NCBI GenBank assembly: GCA_001724245.1
Contig: MEDX01000031.1
Location: 1-39,294, forward strand
Direction of reading: 5' to 3'
Source: Fonticula-like sp. SCN 57-25
Lineage: Eukaryota
DNA length: 39,294 nt
Of the stretch, positions 23,871 to 36,895 are shown piece by piece; the stretch's first letter is position 1, and each line of letters opens with the position of its first letter. The notes below the pieces were generated by a model, which worked only from the letters and a program-made list of their open reading frames with translations, was not told where the DNA came from and ran no database searches. The position numbers and the translations under genes are program-made.

Positions 23871-24040
23871 AAATTGCATGAAATTGCATGAAATATTAGG
23901 AAATTGCATGAAATTGCATGAAATTGCATGAAATTGCATGAAATATTAGGAAATTGCATGAAATTGCATGAAATGTTAGGAAATTGCATGAAATTGCATG
24001 AAATTGCATGACATTGCATGAAATTGCATGAAATATTAGG
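23871..24040. repeat. 10-bp tandem array of 17 units: AAATTGCATG (13) interspersed with AAATRTTAGG (4)
   Basis: Counted directly. Order is AAB AAAAB AAB' AAAA'AB. Confidence 0.97.
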
Positions 24041-24448
24041 AAATTTTGCTGTAGTTGTGTGTTCAAGAGCTATCAAGAGCCGTAAACACCGACGCAGGCT
24101 TGGCAAAGCTGCATTTTATGTTAAGCAAGTGTAAAAACAGGTACTTTGCACTGGAAATAATGATATAGAGTACCTTTGCTCACGACGTTTTCGCGAGGCT
24201 TCCGCGCCATGAACATGCCACGTGGGCAAGACGTGCTAAAACCGACCTAACCGACCCAGACCGACTATTTTTGCAATATTGCAAAGGCACCTTTTTCGGG
24301 ACCGTGAAATTTCATGAAATTTCATGCAACGGAAACGTTGAAATTTTGCTGTTGATCAGCAGTTGATTTTTAGATTGCAAGCTCGATTATCAACCCCAGA
24401 CTCTCACCTGGGATTGCAATCGTTGAATTGCGCACCGGCGCGCATGTG

Positions 24449-27420
24449 ATGAGCAGCAGTGCTTGGTCGAGTGATAAATACGGCGGCAGCGACGACAATG
24501 TAGCGTTTGACCTTTCCTCTAAGCGGCCTCTTGTGCGAAAAAAATTGACATTGGCTTCGAAGCGACGGAAGGAATCCTCGCAACCTCCTGAGGATGCCGC
24601 CGATCCTACGGATGTGGCGGGAAACTCAAGCAATGATGCCGCGACACCGCAGGAACGCCCTCATGACGACGGCGAGCCAGGGCCATCTACCGGCGCAGCC
24701 GACGACGGCGACGCTCCACAGGACAACTGCCCTGTATGCGGTATTGATATTGGCGATCTCGCTTCACTAGGGCGGCAAGCGCACGTCAACAGCTGCTTGG
24801 ATGGCTCTTCGTCAACGGACGCAATGGGCGCGACTTCCGCTCCGCCTGATTCCCTCTGCTCTGCATGCCACAACAACGTCCCGGGACACCTTGCTGCGTT
24901 GCACATTTTGCAGTGCCCAGCCCGGCGGCCAAGCGGCCCTAGTGAACTCGTTTGTCCCTTCTGCGACCAGGGATTCCTACAGCCAGGCATGGCAGCACAT
25001 CTGCGCCGTTGCGGGAATGCCAACGGTGTCACTTCCATTGAACTTGTGTCTGTTGTTCGTCGCCTTGAGGTTCGCTATTTTTCTTTCTCCCAGTCGTGTT
25101 TGTTTGCTCAAATGATGAGCACTTTAGCTCGACCCCGAGTCGTTTGAGCGGGTCTCGTCGATGCCTCGTCCGCGCACACCGCCTCCGCCGGCCCCCGCCT
25201 CTACTAGGAAGCGCGCTGTTGTCTCTATTGAGCAGGACGATGACTTTCGGGACTCGTCACTGACGAGCGTACGCTCTTTTTGTACATTGCTGCGGTCACT
25301 TTTCTTACATCGTTGATGATCCCTCTTGGCAGGTCGTAGTTGATGCGCGAATGGCGGGGCAGGCAGTACGCCGCACCGACGCATCCGACCTTTCTCTCGC
25401 GCTTGCGCTATCAGCCACTACCATCCCGCCTTCCTCGTCACGCCGCGCTTTTACTACACGCGTGTTGCCGGTACGCCGCGGGGCCGGTGAAACGGCCGAC
25501 ACCGCGCGCCTTTTGCCGACGCCGAAGAAAGGAGCTTCCTGGTCACTTGACGAGCAGTGTGCGGCAGTGCTGCTTGACGTTGTCGATGACGACGGGGCGG
25601 GCGCTTTAGCGCAGCACGGGCAAGCGACACTGCCGAAAAGTAAGCTAAGGCGGGCAGCGTCGCTCACACAGTCGTCCGCCGTGCCCTCGCAGGACGAGGA
25701 GATTGACAAGGAGCGCCTTACGTCGGCCGCGGAGGCGCTTGAGTCGCCAAAGAGCAAAGACACGAATCGCCGCCTGCAGCTACTGCGTCGCGGGAGGTCG
25801 CTATGGACGCTCGCTGGGTCACCTGATGCTGTCGGCAGCGGCCGTGACAATGGCGGCGATGACATTGTGCAGAGGGCCGCGGCGCCGCGACTAGAGGCCA
25901 AGGCGGACTCGGAGGCGGTTGACATCCTCGCCGGCCTACCGCTCATGTCACAGTTTGTCCACAGCAGTGACCAGCAGGCAACCGTAGAGGAGGCCTTGGG
26001 GCGGGCAGCGCCGCATGTGCGGGCGCACTACGCGCAAGCAGTGCGTGAAGCAGAGGCAGAGAGGGATTTGGCGATACGCAAGGCTGAGGAGCGCTTTCGG
26101 CAGATGATGGATAAGCTTGCGTCGGATCTTGTGAATACGGTCGACCGAGGAAGCGAGAATTTTAGACGAGACGACAGTATAAGGACGCCGGTTGATGACC
26201 TTTCTTCTGATGAACCTGAGAACGCTCTACAAGGACCATTGACTGAAGAAACGCTGGTTCAAGACATTCAGGACGACGCGGGTTGCGTTGGTATCGATTC
26301 TGATGCCAACACGGCAGATCGAGGAGTCACTCCGCCGATTGAAGGCGATGAACAGCTAGAAGATGACAGGTTTGACCATGAGGGTCGTGACGCTTGGAAT
26401 GAAGATGACAGGCAGTATGACGAAGTCGAGCTTGACAATTACTATCAGAACACGGACGGCGATGCCCGGCCTGATGGCGCAGGCGGCCCCGTTATCTTTA
26501 ATGATGATGACTTGTTTTCTATCCACCCCCCTCGGGCTACCGCGAAACAAGCAGCCTCGCAGCAACTTTCCATCTCTAGCAAGCCGCCCGTGCCGCCGGT
26601 TGATGGCCCTCGCAAGGCGACTGCAGAACTGGAAGCCTCGCAGCAGCCTCCCTCTTTTCGCAAGCCGGCCGTGCCGCTTCCCGTTGCCCCCCGCAAGGCG
26701 GCTGCCAATAAGCACACCGTGGCGCAGCAGCCGCTTGTGACTCCGCCTCGGCCGGCCCCCACGCCCGCTGGCAGCGCCCTTGGCGACCTGCGGACGCCCG
26801 AGTACGTTACAATGCCGACGCCACAGCTGGCTGCTGCTGCGTCCAAGTTTGGCCTACGCCCCGCGGCCGCCCGACGCGTCCTTGCTGCGCACCTTGCTGC
26901 CATTTGGCGCAGCGAGCACCGGCAGCCCATGCATGACACGCACAAGCAGCAAGCTCAAGGCAGCCAACAGGTGAGTGAAGCGGTGAGCAACGGGGACGAT
27001 GATGCCGACGACGATGAAGACGATGAGGAGAGCGATGAGGAGATCGACGTGTCTGTGCTTGACCTAGAGGAGGAGGTAGAGGAGGAGCAAGCGGTAGGAT
27101 CAGTGGCTCCGCGAGGACAGGGAGCGCCCGGTGCAAGGTTGACAATATCCGACTGCCGCTCGCTCGTGGCGCATCTTCGCGAGTTTAGGCCGGACGTCGT
27201 CGAAAGTATCCTCATGTTTATGCCGATTGATATCACGCTGCTCCTGGGTGATCTAAAGGCCGCAGGTGTTCGCGCAAAAGCAGACGATATTGCCGCGGCG
27301 CTCGACGACATGGGTGTTGCGTTCGTAGCGCCAAAGCTTACCGAGGCAGTGGCAAGGAGAGGAAGATCACGAACCACGCAAAAGACCAAGAGGAAGGCCG
27401 TGTCGGCCTCTCAACAGTAA
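24449..27420 (+). CDS. SLX4: SLX4 structure-specific endonuclease scaffold, 3 exons
   Basis: UBZ4 finger CPVCG...RQAHVNSCLD plus two further Zn fingers, DLSLALALS and SLWTLA (MLR-like), SAP-like TPEYVTMPTPQL..KFGLRP, C-terminal Slx1-binding ILMFMPIDI...LDDMGVAF. Confidence 0.82.
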
Positions 27421-27622
27421 TGGTTTGATTGTGGCTTATTGTCAAACGATCCTTTGTATTTTTAGATAGTTTGATCCGCCGTTTTCGTGTATATTTTGGA
27501 TCCGCCATCGTTTTTATCAGCGATACGGATGCTGTACTTTTTTTTACGCCTTTGTGTTTGAACATTTCAAATTTTTGTGATGCATATATAAACTACAAAT
27601 GAACGAATTCGCAAAAGAAGCC

Positions 27623-28541
27623 TTAAAGAGCGGGGATTGCAAGCCGCGTCAGCCCTCCGCCGCGCACTTCCTTTACTCTTCCACAGTGACGCAGGATCGT
27701 CACGATATTCTTCCCCGACGAGTCCATCTTGAAGGTCACCTGCTTTGACTCCTTGACATCCACCTCTGTAACAAACAAGTATCCCGCGCACGCGTCCGTT
27801 TCGGCCGCGCGGAATTCCAGAATCCTACGGCGTTGCGCCTCCTTGAGCTTGCTCGAAGGGATGGCCAACAGCGCGTATTTTTCCTCAAACACCGAGTTGA
27901 GCGCCTCGATCGCTTCGTTCACCTTTGTCTGAGTAAGGCGCCCACGAATGTATCTATACCACGCGAGCGTCAGCAATAAACGGGAGTGCATTTAATTCGC
28001 ACGTGGGGACAGAATTGAACTCGTCGGCCGTGATAAACGGAATAGACGGCTTGCCGCGGATGCCATAAGTCGCAACCGACGCGTTGGCTGACAACGACGC
28101 AGTGGCCACCGAGCGGGACTTGAGCACAGCTCCTGCTTCAGGCCGCGAGGACGTGCGGCGCATGGGGTTTGCTGTGGGTGCCGCGACTGGAACAGATGCG
28201 GCTTTGGCCAGTACAGCGGGCTGAACAGGAGCGACAACGGGCGCAGCCACTTGGCTCGACAGCTTGCCAGGCAAGTGACGCGGAAGGTTATTCAGCATGA
28301 CAGAAAGCTGCTCCTGCTGCTGCTCGAGAGCAGGCCGCTGCTCGAGGAGGCGGGCAATCGTCTCCTTCTGCTGCCTCATGTACAGACGGAGATCCTTCAT
28401 CTCACGCTCAAGGGCGTAGATATCTGTAAAGACGCCCTCCATAAAGGCAGCGTACTCCTCCACAGTCTCAACGCCTCGGAGAGAAGCATAGTCGTTGAGC
28501 AACGCGGCGCGCTCATTGAACCGCGCAAGTAGCGTATCCAT
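27623..28541 (-). CDS. SKA1: Spindle and kinetochore-associated protein 1, 2 exons
   Basis: N-terminal coiled coil (LNNLPRHLP). Microtubule-binding domain IPFITADEFNSVPTYIRGRLT...KYALL...LRHCGRVKEVRGGGLTR. Confidence 0.9.
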
Positions 28542-28833
28542 GGCTGGCAAGGAGCAGCAGTTGAGTGACAGTCACAAACAACTGAAATTCGAAATTTTGT
28601 AACGGACAATGGCCACGTGAGTTAATCGCGTCCATGTGGTCATCCACGTGGATCCAGTGACTACTCTGATCGCCGTCGCCGTCGGCCTCTTCCGTCGGGG
28701 CAAATAGAAATTCATCTACAGACGAGTTAGTTGCCGCCGTGCAGCGCTATTGTTTCCGAGCTGCGCCCCGACACGTCCCCGTTCTTCCCTTAGTCTGCTG
28801 CGTTTATCCCTTCATTTCAGTCCGCTTGCGGGG

Positions 28834-31228
28834 ATGGCCGCTTCTACAGTATCCGATTCCTCACCTACACCATCGACCACCACCACTTCGCCGCAAGTGA
28901 ACGGTGACGGCGCGCCGCAGCTTGAACGACTGGATCGCTTTGAGAAGGAGCACAAGGACTATGTTCACGGCCTGGCGTTTAGCCCGGATGGCCGCCTCCT
29001 CGCTACAGCATCTGGAGACCACACCGCCGTCGTGACGGAAGTTCTCACTGGCCGCACCGTGCACTCGCTCACGCACACGACGCCCGTCAATTCCGCCTCG
29101 TGGACGCGCGACGGCAGCCGTGTAGTGTTTGCTTGCTACGATGGCGACATTGTTATTGCCGGGAAGCAGTCGCCGGCGAGTGCGTGGACGTCCAACACGG
29201 TCTACCGCCACGGCAAACTGGTACGAATTTGCCCGCTCTTTGTTTGTGTGAGCTGACGGCGCGGGCAGACATACCACGCTGTGTTCAGCCCAGACGACCG
29301 GTGGCTTGCTGTTGGTGTCGTTGACCAGGGTGTGGTGATTCTTGATGTAAACAAGGGCTTTCAGGCTGTTGCCCGTGTGCGCGGTTTCGGATCGCTCGTG
29401 TGCTGCGTAACTTTTTCGCCGGACGGGCGGTTCCTCGCCGCCGTGGACTATGTCGGAACTGTCGTAGTGTGCGACGCGCAGAACGGGCAATGGACGGCGC
29501 GCGCAAACTTTGACGCCGTCGCCGAGTTTGGTCACGTACGAGTTTTGCATCCTTTACTTCGACGTTGGGTCACTAACGATACATTTGCTCGATTCTAGTA
29601 TCACCCGATTGCGTTCAGCCCCGATAGCATGTGGCTTGCCGTTGGGAGCGAAACAAACACTGTGTCCGTGTGGCCGGTCCCCGCTGTGAAGACGCGCTGG
29701 CCGCCATCAAAGCCGATTGTCCTCAAGGGCCACACCGATCAAGTGCGCTCGGTCGTCTTCCTGCATGACTCGCGGCAAGTGATGACAGCGGCGCGCGATA
29801 GCACAGTCCGTGTGTGGTCGCTCCCTGACGGCCGGCAGCTGCTAAACGTGCTTGCGGACGATCGCGTGTTGTGTCTGGACTACTCTGCCCAGACGGGCTG
29901 CGTTGCGGCCGGCCTGCGCGACAAGAGCGGCGTCCAGCTGTGGCGCATTCATGGCACGGGGGTTGTGCGCGCTGCGGGCTGGGGGGACGAGGACGGGTCT
30001 CGAGGTGCCAGGCAGCGGCTTGCTGGCCTCCAGGAGCAGCTCAAGGGCAAGAAGGCAAAGGTCGACGACTTGCGTAAGCACCTAGACCACGTCATTGAGC
30101 AGGAGAAGGAAATGGCCGCGCGGATTGCCGCCATCACCGCAGAAGTTGACCGTCTCACTGCTGAACGTACGCTATTGGCTCATCTTTCCGATTGCATACA
30201 TGGCTTACACTGCAATAGGTGCCGGTGTTGAAATCAACCTTGTGGCACTGCGGAGCGGCGAGAGCATGGGCGCCCTTGCGGCGCAGCAAACAGAACTTTC
30301 GTTGCTGGCTTCGCGTTGCGCCGACCTCGAGGAACAGATTCAAAACCTGGACGCCCGCTTGCCGTCGGGCCTGCGGGACCTTTCGCCGGCCGACTTGGCC
30401 CTCTGGGTAGGCGACCTTGACGGAGGTCTTGCAGAGGCGCTGCACGAGCCACTGCGCCATCTATCGGGAGGATCACTGCTCACAATGACCGCCAAAGACC
30501 TCGAGTCGCCGCCGATTGGCGCCACCTTTGCCGACGCCTGCCGCCTCCTGTTGCACTGCTATGAGCTGCAGCACGCGCTCGCTCCTCTGCCGTCGTTGCC
30601 CTTGCCTACCGGTATGCTTGGCTGGAACGAGGATGAAGCTGGCGCTTGGCTTTCCCGCAGCGACCGCTTTGCCTTTTTGACACAGGCGCGCTGGACGGGG
30701 GCTTGTCTGTCTTCGCTCACGGAGGAGCGCGTGGCCGCAGCAGCGCAGCAGTTTGGCCGAGCGCTGAGCGCTTCAGACTGTACCGACCTTCTCACCATGA
30801 TCAAAGAGGAGAAAGAGCGGCAGGTGGCGGCGGGCGACGCGCTCGCGTGGACTGTCAAGTGGACCGCTTCCCTTCCTCTGATTGCACTTCCGCAGTGTGC
30901 TGCAGCCACCGCAGCCGCCAGCGGAATTGACTATCAGAAAGAGGTCGAACGGATCAAGGCAGAGATGAAGGCGTTGCGCAGAACGATTGGGACTGCACCA
31001 CCGGATGGGGCCGTGTGCTTTGTCACAGGTGAAGTTATGGAGGACCCCGTTGTCGCCGCAGACGGCGTCGTCTACGAACGGGCGGCAATGCTCGATAGGT
31101 TTAGCAAGGGCGATTACTCTTCGCCGGAGGACGGCAAGCCGCTGGTCAGCACTACGCTCACGCCGAGTAGAGCAACAAGAAAACTGATTGATTCCTGGGC
31201 AGGCCCTCATGCATCCTCGGCCAAGTAG
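28834..31228 (+). CDS. WD40-repeat, coiled-coil, SAM-like and U-box protein (WDSUB1-like architecture), 4 exons
   Basis: About 7 WD40 repeats (HKDYVHGLAFSPDGRLLATASGD; GHTDQVRSVVF), a coiled coil, two SAM-like units and the U-box CFVTGEVMEDPVVAADGVVYERAAM...SP..GKPL..LTPSRATRKLIDSW. Confidence 0.82.
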
Positions 31229-31341
31229 ACACATTTTTGTAGATGCTGCGCACGGGGTTCGTGCATGCTGTATTCATTCTTCATTGTATGTATTTGAATC
31301 GTGTTCATATAGAATATTGTACACTTTTAATTAGTAAATCA

Positions 31342-34186
31342 TCATTCTTTCTCGAGCAGAGTAACTTCGCAGACATGCTGAACGAACCACTTGAAAGATT
31401 TGCTAGCGTCGAGTGTTACCTCGCGCTTTTGGGCGTCGGTGGCCTCAGCCGGCGCAAACGTATCCTCTGCGTTGAAAGCACCGCGAACGCCGTCCTCAAC
31501 CATGAGGGCTTCGAATTCATCGGCGTGCGCCCCGCCTGCGCGAGCATACGTTACCTGCACCGCATTCGGCCGCTCCTCGCGGCGCAGCGCGGCAATCGTT
31601 CCCGCAAGCCTTGAATTTGTGTCAGGGCGTTCCGGCAGGCCGCGCGCCGCCAGCGACGTGTACACGAGGACGCCCGACCCGGAGTCCACGAGCACAACGG
31701 GCGTGTCGGCAGAAACGATGTGGGCGCGAGAAAGGGGAAGTGGCATGTTCGACGTCGCCTGGTCATTGTACGACAACCAAGATGACGCCCGCGGATACAC
31801 GAATCGCGCAAGCAGCGACGGCTTCAGTTGCCGGTAGAGCAGCTGTAGGCGCGCACGATCGTCGTCAGTCGACGACTCTAGCATAAGCTGGTTTCGCAGT
31901 AGCGCAAAAATATAAGCGCAGAGAGTCTACCACAAAAACCTTAGACAAACGAGAAAACGATAAAGATATAGGGGCGTACACGAGAGATTGTGTGTCCTGA
32001 AACGCGGTCCACCAGCTGTTCCACGGAGTTGGGCGTTTCCTTTCGTCCTGCGATCAACCCAAGTGCAGCTATAAAGCGCTCGACAAACAACGCGACCCAG
32101 TCGCCTAGCATGAGTCGAGCATCCGCGGTGGGTGTTGTGGCTGACACCTCGATGATCTAAGTATCGAGAATGAGCATGCGCTGGCGAAAGCTAAAAGCGA
32201 GAGCGGTACTTTGGATATAAGCAGAGCAAGGACGACATCAGGATTGGCCGACATGCAGCAATCGTATGGCGAGGCGGTACAGAGAGCGCTGTGAGTCACA
32301 ATCCGAAGTCGGCGCACAAGACGTGGCTGGCCGGACGGCCCACCAGAAGGCAGCAGCAGAGTGTATGCAAATGCCATCTGGATAGTAGGGAATGCGGGGA
32401 CATCTCTAGCAACACCATAGCAAATTAGATACAGACAAAATCGCCCAATTCTAGATGGAATCGCACCCTGTCGCCATGTCATCAAAACTGCTTCCCTGGT
32501 CAAACTCAAAGTTGAAATAGACGGCAGTGTGGTCGCTCGCTGTTGTCATGGTATAGAGTCCCGCGTGGTCGGGATCCGCGCGAACATTGCCGTACGCGCG
32601 GGAAATTCGGAAAGCGCTAGAGGTGCGAAGCCTAAGGAGACCTTGAAGCACTGCGCGCTTCATGAAATGTTTGTGGCTGAACAAAATATCAGGAAAATTA
32701 CTCGGCAAAAGGCGCATTCTCGTACAGATCCTGCGACATTTGGGGCCCGTCGGTCGAGGTGTAGTGATAAAGCAACCCACCACTGCCCGAAACAACGCCG
32801 GAAATAACGTTCAGCTGCCGAGGCGACTGCCCAATCACGACAGCATCAACGGGAACGCAGAGCTGCGAAGCTGCGTCGCCCTACTGTCGTGTCAGCTCCA
32901 GTCACACCTAGGCGGCAGCGTACAAGTTGGTGGTATATCGCTCTTGCGGAGGCCACATGTGGCGGCAATGAAGTGTCGTCGATAGACGCAAGGCCGGCAT
33001 CCGCAGCGTGATCAAAAAAGCACATGAGGCGGACTGTCACATAAAGTGCATCAGCGCATCTGTAAACATGTGGCGCGTGACGTACCTGCAGGCGCAGCGC
33101 CCGCACTTTTGGAAAGAGGCGCGGTGTCTCGCTCAGCCGGTGGCGGTGCGCCAACGGACTGCTGCCAGGAGTCGATAAGACGAAGTAACGCAGAGATGCC
33201 CGACGCCATCGACGACTTGGTGGCATCCACGGTGTTTGTCCGCGACGGATCGAGCCACTGCTGTAGCACGCGCTCAATGCGGTTGCGGGCAGTCGCCACG
33301 TCCGCAAGCGCATCCGCCATAGGAGCCACGTCGGCAAGAGGTGGGAGTGTATCGTGCCCGTCGTCTGTAAAGGACGCAAACCATGTGCTAGTCGGCAAGC
33401 GCGCTGGGTCGTCGTCCACTTGAATCAGCGATGGCTCGTTAAGTTTAACAAGCCCCGCCTGATCGCGTCCGACAACCAAGAGACCAACGAGAACCGTCGG
33501 CGAGAGCGCTAAAAGCCAGGCGGTGAGCATAATTAACCCACTGATGATACACACCTTCGAGGGACGCCTGGATGCCAAGCTGGACGGCCTGCGCGTACTC
33601 GAGGCCGCCTGCAGAGAGAATTAGTTTCTCACGGCATCAAACACCCAAAACAATGCGCGTACCGGAAATGTCCACTACAAAATAGACGCATGGCCAGTCA
33701 GGCACCTGAAGACCCAACGAAGCACCCGTAGCGCCCGCGGCGACACCCTTGCGAGGGGTCGCTGGGAGTTGGCGCGGCGAGCGGACGTCAAACTCTACGA
33801 TGCGCGACGATAGCTCAGGAAGAGAAGAACGCCGATCGCGATTTTCATATCTCTCCCCTGCCTTGTTCACTGTACGGCACAAAACGCAGAACCAATTCCC
33901 GCGCGAGTCAAAGCGGCAGAGGCTGTTGATATACCCAAAACAGCCCGAACAACGTGCAATGTCGGCGGGTAGATCACCGTGCACAGCTTGCGGGACGCTT
34001 GAATCTAAGACTGACGCGACATCAAAAAAGGGGACAACGGCACATCCCCAAGGAAGTCCGGTCCCTTCCTTTACACGCGCTGTCACAAAGCAGGTTAGCG
34101 CGGCGATGGGGCAGATCAGGCACCGACGAACCTGACGTCGGAAATTTGGGGAGCGACAACTGCAGAAAAGGACAGCTCGAAGTCAT
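31342..34186 (-). CDS. Divergent Sec23/Sec24-family COPII coat protein (resembles the plant SEC23D type), multi-exon
   Basis: GLPWGCAVVPF, zinc finger RCSGCFGYINSLC...WFCVLC, YFVVDISG (vWA), LLRLRTS..F..AYG...DP, PTIQMAFAYT..RRLRI, and a gelsolin-like end ALMVED. Confidence 0.82.
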
Positions 34187-34446
34187 CGCAGCCGACGTGA
34201 AAAGCTTCGGCAGGTTACCTTGAGTACTACAGATATGCTAACAACTGTATTGGTGTGCCAGCTGCGGAATTCCACGTTTGTACTGTAGCGATGCCCGGGC
34301 AGAATCGACCAGGACAAATCACAGCACAAATCACAGTAGTAAACCGTGTGTCAGCGAAATTGTGTTCTGTTGGCCGGTTGGCTGTCTGTTGGCAGGTTGA
34401 CGCGCGCCGGCGCATCGAGGTTACGCACCTCCGCAGTCAAAGGATT

Positions 34447-36895
34447 ATGCTGCTACGATGTCGCAGATCGATTGCGTTTAGACGCTGGAAGTTGTCAATA
34501 TTGTTGGCCGGTTGCGTTCTGCTGATTGTGTGGTGGATGACGACAACTACCACGCGATTAGATGACGAGCATGGCGGACCTACTCCTGCCGTGAATCACA
34601 CGACGGGTACTTTTTACAATGCCCCGGATGTTTCATTTAGGTACGCTGTGGCACGGCTTTATAAAAATGTAATTAACCTGTATGCAGGCCTACACCACCT
34701 CCGTCATGGCGCAACGTGTCCAGTATTTATGGTGACTCGGAGGGAAAGCTACGCCTGTGCAGCAATACTCATGGAGTTTCTCTGAGCAACGCCAACCAGG
34801 CCGCGGGATTTGGGTCCAAGTGGCGGGCTACTGCTAGTTCGACTGTTGACGGTATCACTACGCACGTGGTTGCTGCCTTGAGCACTAGCGGTGCGCGAAG
34901 GTTGGCTCTTTCGCTGCATATTGGAGGTGACCGCGAGGAAGCTGCTCAGCGCCATGCGTGTGCTGCATTGCTGTCGACGCTTCCGTTTGGCGTTCGGCGG
35001 CGCGCACTTGTTGCATCCACAATGCCAGCAGCATTTTCGGTAGGGCTGCTAAACACCCCGCCGACAGCCATGGGCGTGATTCGCCTCCTACCTCACACCT
35101 CGATGTCGCCCGAGTGCGCGGTGGCCGACATGTGGCTGCAGATCGATAGTACTACCGGGATATTTGAAGATCCTCATGGAAAGAATACACGATCAGCGTC
35201 ACTGGTATGTGGTGGGGAGGATGCAGACGCGATCTCGTCGGCTCTGCACGCAGCGTTGAAAGACGGGAGGACATCACCGCGACCTATTCCTTTGCTGGCA
35301 CACTTGCAAGACGATGTTGCCTACGACGCGTATGTGGGGGTGCTCTCGTTTGTGGAACACTTTCACTTTAATGATGCAAAGCTGGCACTGTGTGAGGTGC
35401 TCGGCATGCTACGTCGAAATATTGCTGCAGACACCCTGAGCTATGATCAGGCGTCGCAGACTCATGAGCGCACGAAGGTGTCCAATTTTTATCGCTTTTT
35501 ATGGGCGCTACTTCTCGACGCTAGAGACGAGTACAAAGGCGCACTGGATGCATATGGCGCCGCATTGCGCTCAGCTTGGAGCGCTTCGCACAAGGTGTGG
35601 CCTTGGGTGTTTAAGCGGCGCAGCGTAGCGCTGGCTGCCGAACATCCATTGCTTTGCAGCAGCGATGGCCCAGAGCGGGACATGATGAAGCGGTCCCAAA
35701 ACTCGCCTATTGCTGACAAATGCTCTGCTACGAAGGCGCGGATACTTGATCCGAGTTCCTTGCCCTTGGTACACATGATATGGACTCGGCGCAGTGCATC
35801 CGCGAACGGGGGTCTTTCGATTCTTGAGGAGGCGTCCGTCAGAAGGTGCGCATCACTCTGCTGTTGCGCGTTCGTTGATTTATTAACCTTGAGTAGCATT
35901 TTTCGTGCGTATCCTGGTGGGGTACGGCTCCTCGTACACTCCAGTACGGTGACCCAAGAAACATTTAGATCAGTCGTGGATCTCGCCGACGAGACGAATT
36001 CACAGATAATTATCAGCAATATCGAGTGCCTGTGGCTGCATGACAATGTCGAGTTGGTCTGGTTCACCGTTTTTGTGGAGGGTACGATGCATAATAGGCG
36101 ATTTTTGACGTGCTCATTTCTGCCTTGTCGCTAGACATTATACAAATGTACTCGGAGTCAAGTCATTTTTACTCTCACATCACAGACATGGCGAGGATGT
36201 TGGCTCTCTACCGATACGGCGGCATCTATTTGGATACCGATGTAATTCTTTTGCGCAACTTGAACGACATCGACGATGCTGTCGGTATGGAGTCCGGCTC
36301 GTTGTCGTCGCCCTGGGAGTACGTGCCTCGAACCGAATTAAATCGTATTGTGGTGAACGGTGCGCAAAACAGACGGGCGATCATGTTGGGCCACTCATTG
36401 CTCACGACATCGATAGGTGCCGTGATGAAGTTTAGCAGAGCAGAATCGCCGTTCGTCTTGCAATGCATGCAGTTGGCATTGAAGCGCTACAATCCCACTG
36501 TTTGGGGCTCGATCGGACCTGATGTGCGTTTCCCGCGGTCGTGTTTGCTGCATCGTGCTGACCTCTGGGCTATGCTTTGGCTCTCTTTGTAGCTTTTAAC
36601 CCATGCGGCTCGTTTGCTTCTTGCAAACTATGAATACGATGAATCTCTTGGTTCCGACCGCACGCTGGAGTTGGGGAGTGTGGTGATTTTGCCTGCTGGT
36701 GCGTTCTATCCGTTTCATTGGTCAAAGGGTGGGCTGCATGCGCTGTACTCTAGTGAGATGACGAGCAAACAAGTGAACGCTTTAAACGAGACGTACGCTG
36801 TACATATGTGGAATCGTCTGGCTCCGCCGCCAACTAATTGGCACCCAAAAAGTTCGGCCAGCCATCTCCTTCAGCAAATTGGAATGTCTTTGTAA
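34447..36895 (+). CDS. Type II membrane GT32 (A4GALT/Och1-like DxD) glycosyltransferase, about 6 exons
   Basis: N-terminal transmembrane anchor, HITDMARMLALYRYGGIYLDTDV, NGAVMKF, WGSIGPDLLT, FYPFHW, YAVHMWN. Confidence 0.85.

Noticed and set aside
23871..24040. CRISPR array or telomeric repeat
   Set aside because: There are no unique spacers and the context is eukaryotic. TTAGG occurs only singly inside 10-mers.
23765..24106. ORF with repeated ISCNFMQF peptides
   Set aside because: It is a translation of the 10-bp array; the unit length is not a multiple of 3.
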